A stretch of 64,000 nt of DNA from NCBI GenBank assembly GCA_965223545.1, contig OZ245006.1, positions 704,001 to 768,000 of the forward strand, given 5' to 3'. Source of the stretch: Planctomycetota bacterium (lineage in GTDB: Bacteria > Planctomycetota > UBA1135 > UBA2386). Below are positions 31,901 to 41,012 of the stretch, in pieces. Below the pieces are notes generated by a model. It searched no databases. It saw nothing but the letters and a program-made list of their open reading frames with translations, and was not told the DNA's origin. Every line of letters begins with the position of its first letter. Position 1 is the first letter of the stretch. Made by a program: the position numbers and the translations under genes.

Positions 31901-34447
31901 ATGATCAAGCGCAAGCTGCCGGTTCTGCTCCCAGCCCTCGCCCTCCTCGCCCTGGCGCCGGCGGCGCGCGCCCAAGAGGAGGTCAGCGGGCCACCGCAGC
32001 GGCGCGCTCTGCAGGACCCCGATCTGCAGGCGCAGATCAACGACGTCTTCGGCGTGCTGCTGCAGTACGCGGCGGCGATCCCGTTCAAGAACGTCGCCGG
32101 CTGGCTCGGTCTCGATACGCCGCAGCGGCTGGTCGACGCGACCGGCCAGCCGCGCTACCAGCGCGTGCTGATGCGCGGCCACGAGGGACCGGTGCACACA
32201 GCCATGCTGTCGCCCGACGGCGCGCGCCTGCTGACGCTGGGCGACGACCGCACCGCCCGCTTGTGGAACGTGCGCCCGCGCGACGTGCACGCCCCCGACG
32301 ACACCCGCGAGGGCGTGCAGCTGCTGGAGATCGGCGCCGACGCCGCACTGACCGCAGCGGCGTTCTTCCCCGACGGGGAGGAGATCACGCTCGGCAGCGC
32401 CGATGGCACGGCGCGCGTGTTCGCGCTGAAGAGCACCGCCAATGGCTCCGCCGTCGAAGCCACCGAGGTCCTGCGGCTCGACGGCCACGAGGGCGCGGTC
32501 CGCCACGTCGCCTACTCCCCCGACGGCACCACCCTGCTGACCATCGACGCGGGCGGCCGAGCCCGCCGCTTCGACCGCGCTGGCGCGCTGATCGGGGAGC
32601 CGGTGGCACTCACCGGTCACAGTGGCGACATCGTGCGCGTGCAGTGCGCCAACGACGGCATGCTGCTGACCGCCGCCGAGGGTGATGCCAACGCGCGGCT
32701 GTGGAACTCCAGCTGGACCCCGGGCGCCGTGCTCGAGCTGGCCGATGCGGCCGCAGCCGCGGAGGCCGAGTTCGTCGACCGCGACGGTGCCACCGTCGTG
32801 CGCACACCGGCGGCCGACAACCAGATCACCTACTTCGACACCAACGGCACGCCGCTGACGACCGAGGCCAGTGATCCGCCGGCTTTCACCGCCACGCTCG
32901 AGGGCAACGACATCGCCCTGCAGGGCGCCGACGGCCAGGCGCTGACCCTCAGCGGCCACGACGCACCGATCACCCAGATGTTCTTCGGCGCGGATCACAC
33001 GCGCCTGATCAGTGCCTCGGCGGACGGCTCGGCGACGGTGTGGGAGTGGCTGGTGCGCGACCCGACTGGAGCGCTGGTGATCACCAACGTGCCGCTGGTG
33101 GTGATCTGGCTGGTCGTCGCCGCGATCGTGTTCACGATCTACATGCGGTTCGTCAACGTGCGCCTCTTCGGCCACGCGATCGCGGTGGTGCGCGGCAAGT
33201 ACGACGACCCCGACGACGAGGGCGAGGTCAGCCACTTCCAGGCGCTGTCCTCGGCGCTGTCGGGCACGGTCGGACTCGGAAATATCGCAGGGGTGGCGAT
33301 CGCCATCATGGTCGGCGGCCCGGGCGCCACCGTGTGGATGATCGTCGCCGGCTTGCTCGGCATGACCCTCAAGTTCACCGAGTGCACGCTGGGTCAGCGC
33401 TACCGCAAGGTCGACGAGGACGGCCACGTCTCCGGCGGCCCGATGCACTACCTGAAGGAGGGCCTCGACAAGCGCGGCCTGGGCTTCATCGGCGCGCCGC
33501 TGGCGGTGATCTTCACGCTGTTCTGCATCGGCGGCAGCCTCGCCGGTGGCAACAGCTTCCAAGTGAACCAGTCGCTGACGATCCTGGCCGAGCGCGTTCC
33601 CTACTTCAAGGACAACGGCTGGGTCTACGGCGCGATCATGGCCGTGTTCGTCGGCATCGTGATCATCGGCGGGATCAGGCGCATCGCGCAGACCGCCGAG
33701 CGCATCGTGCCGACGATGTGCGGCCTCTACCTGGTCGCCAGCCTGACGATCATCGTCTTCAACATCGAGCACGTGCCGGGCGCGTTCGCCGCCATCTTCG
33801 GCGGCGCGTTCACCGGCGAGGCGATGTACGGCGGCGCCCTAGGCGCGCTGATCATGGGCTTTCGGCGGGCGGCGTTCTCCAACGAGGCCGGCGTCGGATC
33901 GGCGTCGATCGCGCACTCCGCCGCGCGCACGCCGTATCCCGTGCGCGAGGGCATCGTCGCCCTGCTGGAGCCGTTCATCGACACGGTCGTGGTGTGCACG
34001 ATGACCGCGCTGGTGATCAACATCACCGAGGTGCACAAAATGCCGGAGCACGCCCACCTGGTGGCATCCACGCAGGGCGCGGCGCTGACGTCGGAGGCGT
34101 TCCAGACGGTCTCGTTCTTGGCCGGCTGGTTCCCCTGGGTGCTGATGGGCGCGGTGATCCTGTTCGCCTTCTCGACCATGATCACCTGGTCCTACTACGG
34201 CGAGCGCTGCTGGACGCACCTGTTCGGCACGCGATCGTCGATGGCCTACAAGCTGCTGTTCCTGCTGTTCGTCGTGCTCGGCTCGGTGATCCAGGCGACC
34301 AACATCCTCGAGTTCGGCGATCTGATGATCCTGCTGATGGCGTTCCCCAACATCGCCGGCCTGTACTTCCTGGGCTCGGAGGTGAAGGGTGAGCTGCGCG
34401 AGTACGAGGCCAAGCTGCACGGCAACCAGTTGAAGACCTACAAGTAG
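31901..34447 (+). CDS. Alanine/glycine:cation symporter (AGCS) with inserted WD40 domain
   Basis: GEVSHFQAL, TVGLGNIAGVA, GGPGA..WM, GGPM.Y, FSNEAG.GS, EPFIDT, WSYYG; GH..WD repeats at 32171-33049. Confidence 0.9.
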   Translation: MIKRKLPVLLPALALLALAPAARAQEEVSGPPQRRALQDPDLQAQINDVFGVLLQYAAAIPFKNVAGWLGLDTPQRLVDATGQPRYQRVLMRGHEGPVHTAMLSPDGARLLTLGDDRTARLWNVRPRDVHAPDDTREGVQLLEIGADAALTAAAFFPDGEEITLGSADGTARVFALKSTANGSAVEATEVLRLDGHEGAVRHVAYSPDGTTLLTIDAGGRARRFDRAGALIGEPVALTGHSGDIVRVQCANDGMLLTAAEGDANARLWNSSWTPGAVLELADAAAAAEAEFVDRDGATVVRTPAADNQITYFDTNGTPLTTEASDPPAFTATLEGNDIALQGADGQALTLSGHDAPITQMFFGADHTRLISASADGSATVWEWLVRDPTGALVITNVPLVVIWLVVAAIVFTIYMRFVNVRLFGHAIAVVRGKYDDPDDEGEVSHFQALSSALSGTVGLGNIAGVAIAIMVGGPGATVWMIVAGLLGMTLKFTECTLGQRYRKVDEDGHVSGGPMHYLKEGLDKRGLGFIGAPLAVIFTLFCIGGSLAGGNSFQVNQSLTILAERVPYFKDNGWVYGAIMAVFVGIVIIGGIRRIAQTAERIVPTMCGLYLVASLTIIVFNIEHVPGAFAAIFGGAFTGEAMYGGALGALIMGFRRAAFSNEAGVGSASIAHSAARTPYPVREGIVALLEPFIDTVVVCTMTALVINITEVHKMPEHAHLVASTQGAALTSEAFQTVSFLAGWFPWVLMGAVILFAFSTMITWSYYGERCWTHLFGTRSSMAYKLLFLLFVVLGSVIQATNILEFGDLMILLMAFPNIAGLYFLGSEVKGELREYEAKLHGNQLKTYK

Positions 34448-34484
34448 GTGCGGGCGCGGCCAGCGCTCGAGAAGCAAGAACGCC

Positions 34485-36221
34485 ATGAGCGGATCGCGGT
34501 TTCCCCATTCCCTCGCCCTGATCATGGCGATGATCGTGGCCGCGCAGCTGCTCGGCTACGTCTTGCCGGCTGGGCGCTATGCGGTCGACGTCGAGACGGA
34601 GGAAGTCAAAGAGGACGCCCGCACGCTGACGCTGCCGGCGGGCTCGAAAGCTCTGGTGCCGGACGAGCTGGTCCTGCTCCTGCCCGGCGGAGGCTCGATC
34701 GACCTGCCGGGCGGCCTGTCGGTCGCGTGCGGGGACGCGCCGCCGATCACACTGCCCGAGCAACGCACGCTGCAGGCCGATGGCCTGCGCTACGAGGCGA
34801 CGGTCGAGGAGCTGAAGATCGGCGGCGAGACCTACCAGCTACCGAGAGACGGGGTGCTGCGCTTGCCCCAGGCCGTGGTGCGGCCGCGTGGCAGCTCGCA
34901 GCTGCTGGTGTTTCAGGGCGAGGCCATCGAGCTGCCCGAGGGCACGCAACGCGTCACGCCCAGCAGAAAGATCAAGCCGGGCACCTACGCGCAGGTCGAC
35001 GCCGATCCCTTGCCGTGGCACGCGTCCCTGTCGCGCGTGTCCACCGGCCTGGAGGCCGCGGCGGACATCATCTTCTTCGTGTTTCTGGTCGGCGGGGTCA
35101 TCGCCGTGCTGCGCGCCACCGGCGCGATCGACGCCCTGATCGCGCTCGCCATCCGTGCGCTCGGCGGCAACCCCCTGCTGCTGGTCGGCGGCATGATGAC
35201 CGTGTTCGCAGTCGGCTCGTCGACGATCGGCATGGCCGAGGAGTACATGCCGTTCATCCCGGTCCTCGTCGCGATGTGCCTCGCGCTCAAGCTGGACGCG
35301 ATGGTGGCGCTCGGCATCGTCTACGTCGGTGCCGGCGTCGGCTACGGTTGTGCCGCGATCAATCCGTTCACCGTCGCGATCGCCAAGGACATCGCAGGCG
35401 AACCCCTCCTGCAAGGTGCTGGCGCGCGCTGGGCACTGTTGGCGGTGTTACTCGCCGTCGGCACCCACCACGTGCTGCGCTACGCGCGGCGCGTGGCCGC
35501 GGATCCCAGCCGCAGCCTGGTCGGCGACGTCGACTACTCGAGCGGCTACGACATGCCAGAGGACACCGCGATGACCGGCCGGCGCGTCGCGATCCTGACG
35601 GTGTTCGCCGCCGGCATCGCGCTGTTCGTCTACGGCGTCAGCGAGTGGGAGTGGTTCCTGAAGGAGCTGGCGACCGTGTTTCTCGCCACCGGCCTCCTCG
35701 CCGCAGTGATCGGCCGCCTGTCCCCCAACAAGGTGTGCGAGCGCTTCTGCAGCGGAGCCGCCGAACTCACCACCACCGCCCTACTGATCGGCTTCGCGCG
35801 CACGATCCAGGTGATCTTCGACGAAGCAGCCGTGACCCACACCATCATCGACGGCATCGCCGCCGGCCTCGACCAGCTCGGTCCGCAGCTGGCCGCTCTC
35901 GGCATGCTCGTGGTGCAGAGCGTGTGCAATCTGCTGATCCCCTCGGGCAGCGGCCAGGCCTACGTCACCATGCCGATCATGGCGCCGATCGCCGACCTCA
36001 CCGGCGTCGGCCGCGAGACCGCGGTGTTCGCGTACCAGTTCGGCGACGGCTTCACCAACATGATCGTGCCGACCAACGCCCTGCTGATGGGCATGCTGGG
36101 CCTCGGCAAGGTGCCCTACCAGCGCTGGCTGCGGTTCATCCTGCCCCTGATGCTCAAGATCTACATCGTCGCGGCGGTGTTCTTGTGGTTCTCGGTCGAC
36201 TGGTTCGCGGCGCCCCAGTGA
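34485..36221 (+). CDS. YfcC/DcuC-family transporter with large loop insertion
   Basis: FPHS, LPAG.Y, GMAEE, INPFT, IPSGSGQA...MPIMAP..DL, AYQFGDG. Confidence 0.88.
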   Translation: MSGSRFPHSLALIMAMIVAAQLLGYVLPAGRYAVDVETEEVKEDARTLTLPAGSKALVPDELVLLLPGGGSIDLPGGLSVACGDAPPITLPEQRTLQADGLRYEATVEELKIGGETYQLPRDGVLRLPQAVVRPRGSSQLLVFQGEAIELPEGTQRVTPSRKIKPGTYAQVDADPLPWHASLSRVSTGLEAAADIIFFVFLVGGVIAVLRATGAIDALIALAIRALGGNPLLLVGGMMTVFAVGSSTIGMAEEYMPFIPVLVAMCLALKLDAMVALGIVYVGAGVGYGCAAINPFTVAIAKDIAGEPLLQGAGARWALLAVLLAVGTHHVLRYARRVAADPSRSLVGDVDYSSGYDMPEDTAMTGRRVAILTVFAAGIALFVYGVSEWEWFLKELATVFLATGLLAAVIGRLSPNKVCERFCSGAAELTTTALLIGFARTIQVIFDEAAVTHTIIDGIAAGLDQLGPQLAALGMLVVQSVCNLLIPSGSGQAYVTMPIMAPIADLTGVGRETAVFAYQFGDGFTNMIVPTNALLMGMLGLGKVPYQRWLRFILPLMLKIYIVAAVFLWFSVDWFAAPQ

Positions 36222-36874
36222 GCGCGTCGCGGGCCGAGCAGCTGCGGCGCCGCGCGGAGGCGCTGCGCGCTCCCCTGTCCGCCACCGCCGCGGATCTGCT
36301 GGTCCGCTACGTCGACGCGATGCTCGCTCTCAACCGCACGGTCAACCTGACCGCGATCCGCGACCCCGACGCCGCCGACGTGCTGCACGCCCTCGACGCG
36401 GCTGCGTGCGGTGCGCTGGCGCTGCGGCCAGCCCGCGTCCTCGATCTCGGCAGCGGCAACGGCTTTCCCGGCGTCGCCGTCGCGGCGCTCCACCCCGGTG
36501 CAGAGGTCACTCTGCTGGAGCGGACACAGAAGAAGGCGCGCGCACTCGAAGCGCTGACCGCGACCGTCGGCCTCGCCAACACCCGCGTGCTCGCCCTCGA
36601 CGCCGCCCAGGCACCAACCCTGCTGCCCGCGCTGCGCACGGCATTCGACGTGATCACCGCGCGCGCGGTGGCGGCGCCGGCGCAGGTCGCCAAGCTCGCC
36701 CAACCCCTGCTGACACGCGATGGCCAGCTGGTGCTGTGGCTCGACGCCGACGCCAGCGTGGCAGAACTCCGCGGCTGGCGCGTCCGCGAGCAGCGCTACC
36801 GGCTGCCCGAACCGTGTGCGCGCACGCGCCGATTGGCGGTGCTGCGCCCCTCGCTCAGCGGGCGAGGAAGGTGA
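36218..36874 (+). CDS. rsmG: 16S rRNA m7G527 methyltransferase
   Basis: NLTAI, H.LD, DLGSG.GFPG, TARAV; GTGA overlap with the upstream stop. Confidence 0.9.
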   Translation: MSASRAEQLRRRAEALRAPLSATAADLLVRYVDAMLALNRTVNLTAIRDPDAADVLHALDAAACGALALRPARVLDLGSGNGFPGVAVAALHPGAEVTLLERTQKKARALEALTATVGLANTRVLALDAAQAPTLLPALRTAFDVITARAVAAPAQVAKLAQPLLTRDGQLVLWLDADASVAELRGWRVREQRYRLPEPCARTRRLAVLRPSLSGRGR

Positions 36875-37199
36875 TGCCGAACTTGCCGGTGTGCTCGATC
36901 AGGTTCGAGTCGGTGGCGTAGTTGACCGCCGGGTCGAACTCGGAGTAGCCGAACAGGTGCCGGTCCAGGGTGTTCTGGATGTCGGTCAGGCCGTTGCCGA
37001 AGGCGTTGATGCGGCCATCGCGGCGCGCGCGCACGCCGGCCCAGAACTTCTCGGTCTCGTAGTTGCGGACCAAGGCATCGATGTCCTTGATGCCGCGCGC
37101 CTGCTGGTCGCCGGTGAGGCCAGCGCCCTGACCCTGCCAGGTGAACGTGCTGCACGAGGCCATCAGGGCGAGCGGAAGGAGGAAGGCGAGTTTGCGCAT
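36855..37199 (-). CDS. Small hypothetical lipoprotein
   Basis: MRKLAFLLPLALMASC lipobox; typical codon bias. Confidence 0.7.
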   Translation of the reverse strand: MRKLAFLLPLALMASCSTFTWQGQGAGLTGDQQARGIKDIDALVRNYETEKFWAGVRARRDGRINAFGNGLTDIQNTLDRHLFGYSEFDPAVNYATDSNLIEHTGKFGITFLAR

Positions 37200-37410
37200 G
37201 CTGCTTTCTCGAACTCGAGTTGGGACGGGCGGTCGCGGCGGCCCGGCCGTCGTCCGACGGCCAAACCTTGGGCTGGGAGCCGAACGGGGCAAGTCCGGCG
37301 CCGAACCGCGCCAAGCGGTGGCGGAAGTTAGCTGTGCCCCACCCCGGAGGCAAGCGTTTTGACCGCCTCTTTGCAGCCGCGAGAGCCGCGCGGTACGTTC
37401 CGACGTCACC

Positions 37411-38700
37411 ATGAGCCGAAGGCCAGCCCCACGCGGCACCGAGGACCTGCTGCCGGAGCGTATCCCCTTCTACGAACACGTCTTCGGCTCTTGCCGTCAA
37501 GTGCTCGAGCGGGCCGCGTACCGCGAGATCCGCACCCCGCTGTTCGAGGACACCAGTCTGTTCGTGCGCTCGTTGGGCGAAGACACCGACGTCGTCGCCA
37601 AGGAGATGTTCACCGCGACCCGCGGCGACACCAGCGTGACGTTTCGGCCGGAGGGAACCGCCTCGGTGGTGCGCGCCTACCTGTCGCACAACCTCGACAA
37701 GACCCGCGCCTTCCAGAAGCTCTACTACATGGGGCCGATGTTCCGCTTCGAGCGGCCGCAGGCCGGCCGGCAGCGGCAGTTCTACCAGATCGGGATCGAG
37801 GCGCTGGGCGCCGCCGATCCACGCCTCGATGCCGAGGTCGCCGCCCTGGCGATGGACTGCTTCGCCGCGATCGGCGTCGCCAACGTCCACCTGCACTTGA
37901 ACAGCATCGGCGACAAAGAGGATCGGCAGGTCTACCGCGAGGTGCTGCGAGCCTTCTTCGAGCCGATCCTGGCGGAGCGCTGCGACGACTGCCGCAGCCG
38001 GTTTGCGCGCAACGTCTTCCGCATGCTCGACTGCAAGCAGCCGCAGTGCCAGGCGAGCAACGCCGCCGCCCCCCACGTGCTCGACCACCTGACGCCGAAG
38101 AGCGCGGAGCGGTTCGCGACGACGCGCGGCGCCCTCGAGGACTTGGGCGTGCCGTATCGGATCGACCACGGCATCGTCCGCGGCCTCGACTACTACACCC
38201 ATACGGTCTTCGAAGTGCGCTGCCCCGATCTGGGTGCGCGCGACGCGATCTGCGGCGGCGGCCGCTACGACCACCTGATCGGTGACCTCGGCGGCCCGGA
38301 CCTCGGCGCGGTCGGCTTCGCCATCGGCGTCACCCCGACCCTGCTCGCCCTCGAGCTGCAGGGGCACGGTGCTGCGGCGGAAGCTCCCGCGGCGCTCTCG
38401 ATCTTCGTCGCCCCGGTGAAGGACGCGCAGCGCGGCGCCGCGTTCGCGCTGGTGCACCGCCTGCGCGCGGCCGGTCTGCAAGCCGACACCGACTACGAGG
38501 GCAAGAGCCTCAAGGCCATGTTCAAGGCGGCCAACAAGCGCGGCGCCAAGCTTCTCCTGGTGCTCGGTGAAGACGAGGTCGCCAACGGCCAGGTACAGGT
38601 CAAGGACTTCGGCAGTGGCGACGAGCAGCGGCTGCCGGCGGGCGATGGTCTCGCGGCCGCGTTGGCCGAGCGGTTGGCGGCGGCAGCGGCGGACGGCTGA
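37411..38700 (+). CDS. hisS: Histidine--tRNA ligase
   Basis: RGT.D, RPEGTA, FR.ERPQAGR.RQF, RGLDYY, GGGRYD. Confidence 0.97.
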   Translation: MSRRPAPRGTEDLLPERIPFYEHVFGSCRQVLERAAYREIRTPLFEDTSLFVRSLGEDTDVVAKEMFTATRGDTSVTFRPEGTASVVRAYLSHNLDKTRAFQKLYYMGPMFRFERPQAGRQRQFYQIGIEALGAADPRLDAEVAALAMDCFAAIGVANVHLHLNSIGDKEDRQVYREVLRAFFEPILAERCDDCRSRFARNVFRMLDCKQPQCQASNAAAPHVLDHLTPKSAERFATTRGALEDLGVPYRIDHGIVRGLDYYTHTVFEVRCPDLGARDAICGGGRYDHLIGDLGGPDLGAVGFAIGVTPTLLALELQGHGAAAEAPAALSIFVAPVKDAQRGAAFALVHRLRAAGLQADTDYEGKSLKAMFKAANKRGAKLLLVLGEDEVANGQVQVKDFGSGDEQRLPAGDGLAAALAERLAAAAADG

Positions 38701-38705
38701 CGGCG

Positions 38706-39344
38706 GTGGCCCACACCGACCAGACCGCACCGCTGTGCCTGTTCGGCGGCGCGTTCGATCCGCCCCACACGAGCCACGCACGGCTGATCCGCACCGCACT
38801 GGACCGCTTGCCCATCGATCGGCTGATCGTGCTGCCGTCCGGCCTCCACCCGCACAAGCGCCACCGCGGCGCGGTCGACCCATCGGTCCGGGTCGAGCTG
38901 TGCCGGTTGGCCTTCGGCGACATCGAGGGGGTGCGCGTCGACGACTGGGACGCGCGCCAGCCCGAGCCGTGCTACACGGTGGAGACTCTGCAGCACTTTC
39001 GAGAATACGAGACCGCCGGCCGGCGTCCCTACTGGTTGATCGGTGCCGACAATCTGCGGCTGCTGCCGTCGTGGCACCGGCACCACGACGTGCTGCGGAT
39101 GGCGGTGCTAGTGACCTTTCCGCGCGCTGGATACCCGGTGGATCCCTCCGTGCTCGACACGCTCGAACTGACCGCAACGGAGCGGCGTGAGCTCAAGGCC
39201 CACGTGCTCGACGGCGAACCCGACGGCGTTTCGGCGACCGACATCCGCGCCCGCCTGCGGCGCGGCGAAGCCACCCAGGACCTGTTGCACCCCGCGGTCG
39301 AGGCCCGCATCCGCGCGCTCGGCTTGTACGGAGCCGGCGGATGA
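38706..39344 (+). CDS. nadD: Nicotinate-nucleotide adenylyltransferase
   Basis: GGAFDPPH..H, PHK, YT.ETL, IGAD, SAT.IR. Confidence 0.93.
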   Translation: MAHTDQTAPLCLFGGAFDPPHTSHARLIRTALDRLPIDRLIVLPSGLHPHKRHRGAVDPSVRVELCRLAFGDIEGVRVDDWDARQPEPCYTVETLQHFREYETAGRRPYWLIGADNLRLLPSWHRHHDVLRMAVLVTFPRAGYPVDPSVLDTLELTATERRELKAHVLDGEPDGVSATDIRARLRRGEATQDLLHPAVEARIRALGLYGAGG

Positions 39345-40180
39345 ACGCCGCCGCCGGGCTGCTGCTCGGCGCCGGCGTGCTGCTGGTCGCCCTGTTCGTC
39401 AACCGCGCGCTGTGGGGCTTCTTGCCGTACGATCCGCCGGGCGGCACCCGCAAGCGCCACGCGCAGCCGCTGCCGATGGTCGGGGTCGTGCTCGGCGGCG
39501 TCGCCACCGTCATGCTGGCGATGGACGGCACCATCTGGCTCGCGCTCGGGGCCTTTTTGACCACCCTCTGCGGCTGGCTCGACGACCGGCGCAAGGAACG
39601 CGGTGGCGAGCTGGCGGTCGGCACCAAGGCCGGCCTGTTGCTGGTCGCCGCCGCGCTCGCCATCGCTTCGCTGTACGGGACCGCGCTCGACTGGCACATG
39701 TGGCTGCTCGCCACGCTGCTCGTGTTCGCGATCACCAACGCCCTCAACTTCCTCGACAACACCGACGGCGTCGCCGCCGCGGTCGGCGGTCTCGGCCTGG
39801 TGTTGGCCACCGAGGGCCACGGCACGCTGGCCTGGATCGGCTACGCCTTCTTGGCGTTCCTGCCGTTCAACTGGCCGCGCGCGCGGGCGCTGCTCGGCGA
39901 CGCCGGCGCGCTCGTGCTCGGCTACGTGCTGGCGATCACCGCGTTCGGCCGCGGCCTCGAGCGCGACGTCGTGCACTGGACCGCGCTGTTCGCCCCGGTG
40001 GCGATCCCGCTGATCGACTTGGTGCAAGTCGTCTGCGCGCGCCTGATCCTCGGCTTCGCACCGTGGGTCGGCGACCGCCGCCACCTGACGCACATCGCGA
40101 TGAACACGGGCGTGCCGCAGGTGCTGGTCGCGCCGCTGTTCGCCGCCGCCGGCGCCGGTCTGTTCGCCTGGCTGCGCTGA
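39341..40180 (+). CDS. Glycosyltransferase family 4 (WecA/MraY-like polyprenyl-phosphate sugar-1-P transferase)
   Basis: G.LDD, NA.NF.DN.DG, FLPFN, LGDAG, DRRH..H; multi-TM. Confidence 0.87.
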   Translation: MNAAAGLLLGAGVLLVALFVNRALWGFLPYDPPGGTRKRHAQPLPMVGVVLGGVATVMLAMDGTIWLALGAFLTTLCGWLDDRRKERGGELAVGTKAGLLLVAAALAIASLYGTALDWHMWLLATLLVFAITNALNFLDNTDGVAAAVGGLGLVLATEGHGTLAWIGYAFLAFLPFNWPRARALLGDAGALVLGYVLAITAFGRGLERDVVHWTALFAPVAIPLIDLVQVVCARLILGFAPWVGDRRHLTHIAMNTGVPQVLVAPLFAAAGAGLFAWLR

Positions 40181-40232
40181 CCCCGGTGACGGCGCGCCCG
40201 ATCCGGCTACGATCGGTGGTGCACCGACCCGC

Positions 40233-41012
40233 ATGAGCAACCATCCCGACGGTCCCGTACGGCTCGAGTCCCTTGACGACGGCCGTCTCTGGCGCGTGGT
40301 CCTCGACCGCCCCCCGCACAACCACCTCGACGACGAGATGGTCGCCGCACTGACCGACGTGTTTCGGCGCGCGAAAGAGGCGGCGCCGCTGCGCGCGGTG
40401 GTGTTGGTCGCCAACGGCCCACACTTCTCCCTCGGCGCCGATCCGCACACGCTGCTGCCGGAGCGCGCCGCGCAGACGATCCCGCGCTTCCTCGACTTGA
40501 TCCGCGCGGTGCTCGACGCACCGGTGTTCCGCGCGGCGGTCCTGCACGGCGACTGCATGGGTCGCGGGCTGGAGCTGGCGCGGGTCTGCAACCGCGTCTA
40601 CGCCGCGCCGGACGCACGGGTCGGTCTGCCGGAGATCCAGATGGGCGTGCTGCCGCCGGTGGCCTCGATCGTCCTGCCCGAGCGCATCGGCCGCGGCGCC
40701 GCCGCCGAGCTGTGCGCCACCGGCTACGTCAAGAACGCGCAGGAGGCCAGCTGGATGGCGCTGGTCGACCACGCCGTCGAGGACCCCGAGCCGTTCGCGC
40801 TGAAGGAGATCCGCCACTTCCTGCTGCCGCTGTCGGCCTCGAGCTTGGCCCTCGCGCTGCGCGCCGTCGACCTCGGCTTTCGCGATCGGGTGCTGCGCGG
40901 CCTCGACGCGGTCGAGCGGCTCTACCTCGACGAGCTGGTGCACACGCAAGACGCCGTCGAAGGCGTCCGCGCAAGGCTGGAGCAGCGCGCGCCGCAGTGG
41001 CGCGACCGGTGA
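40233..41012 (+). CDS. Enoyl-CoA hydratase/isomerase (crotonase), Dch-like
   Basis: HFSLGAD, G.GLEL, G.PEI.MG, DAVEG...E.R.P.W. Confidence 0.85.
   Translation: MSNHPDGPVRLESLDDGRLWRVVLDRPPHNHLDDEMVAALTDVFRRAKEAAPLRAVVLVANGPHFSLGADPHTLLPERAAQTIPRFLDLIRAVLDAPVFRAAVLHGDCMGRGLELARVCNRVYAAPDARVGLPEIQMGVLPPVASIVLPERIGRGAAAELCATGYVKNAQEASWMALVDHAVEDPEPFALKEIRHFLLPLSASSLALALRAVDLGFRDRVLRGLDAVERLYLDELVHTQDAVEGVRARLEQRAPQWRDR

Noticed and set aside
26736..36874. mnmE, yidC and rsmG suggesting an oriC neighbourhood
   Set aside because: No dnaA, rpmH, rnpA, mnmG or parAB here, and no DnaA-box cluster or AT-rich unwinding element seen.
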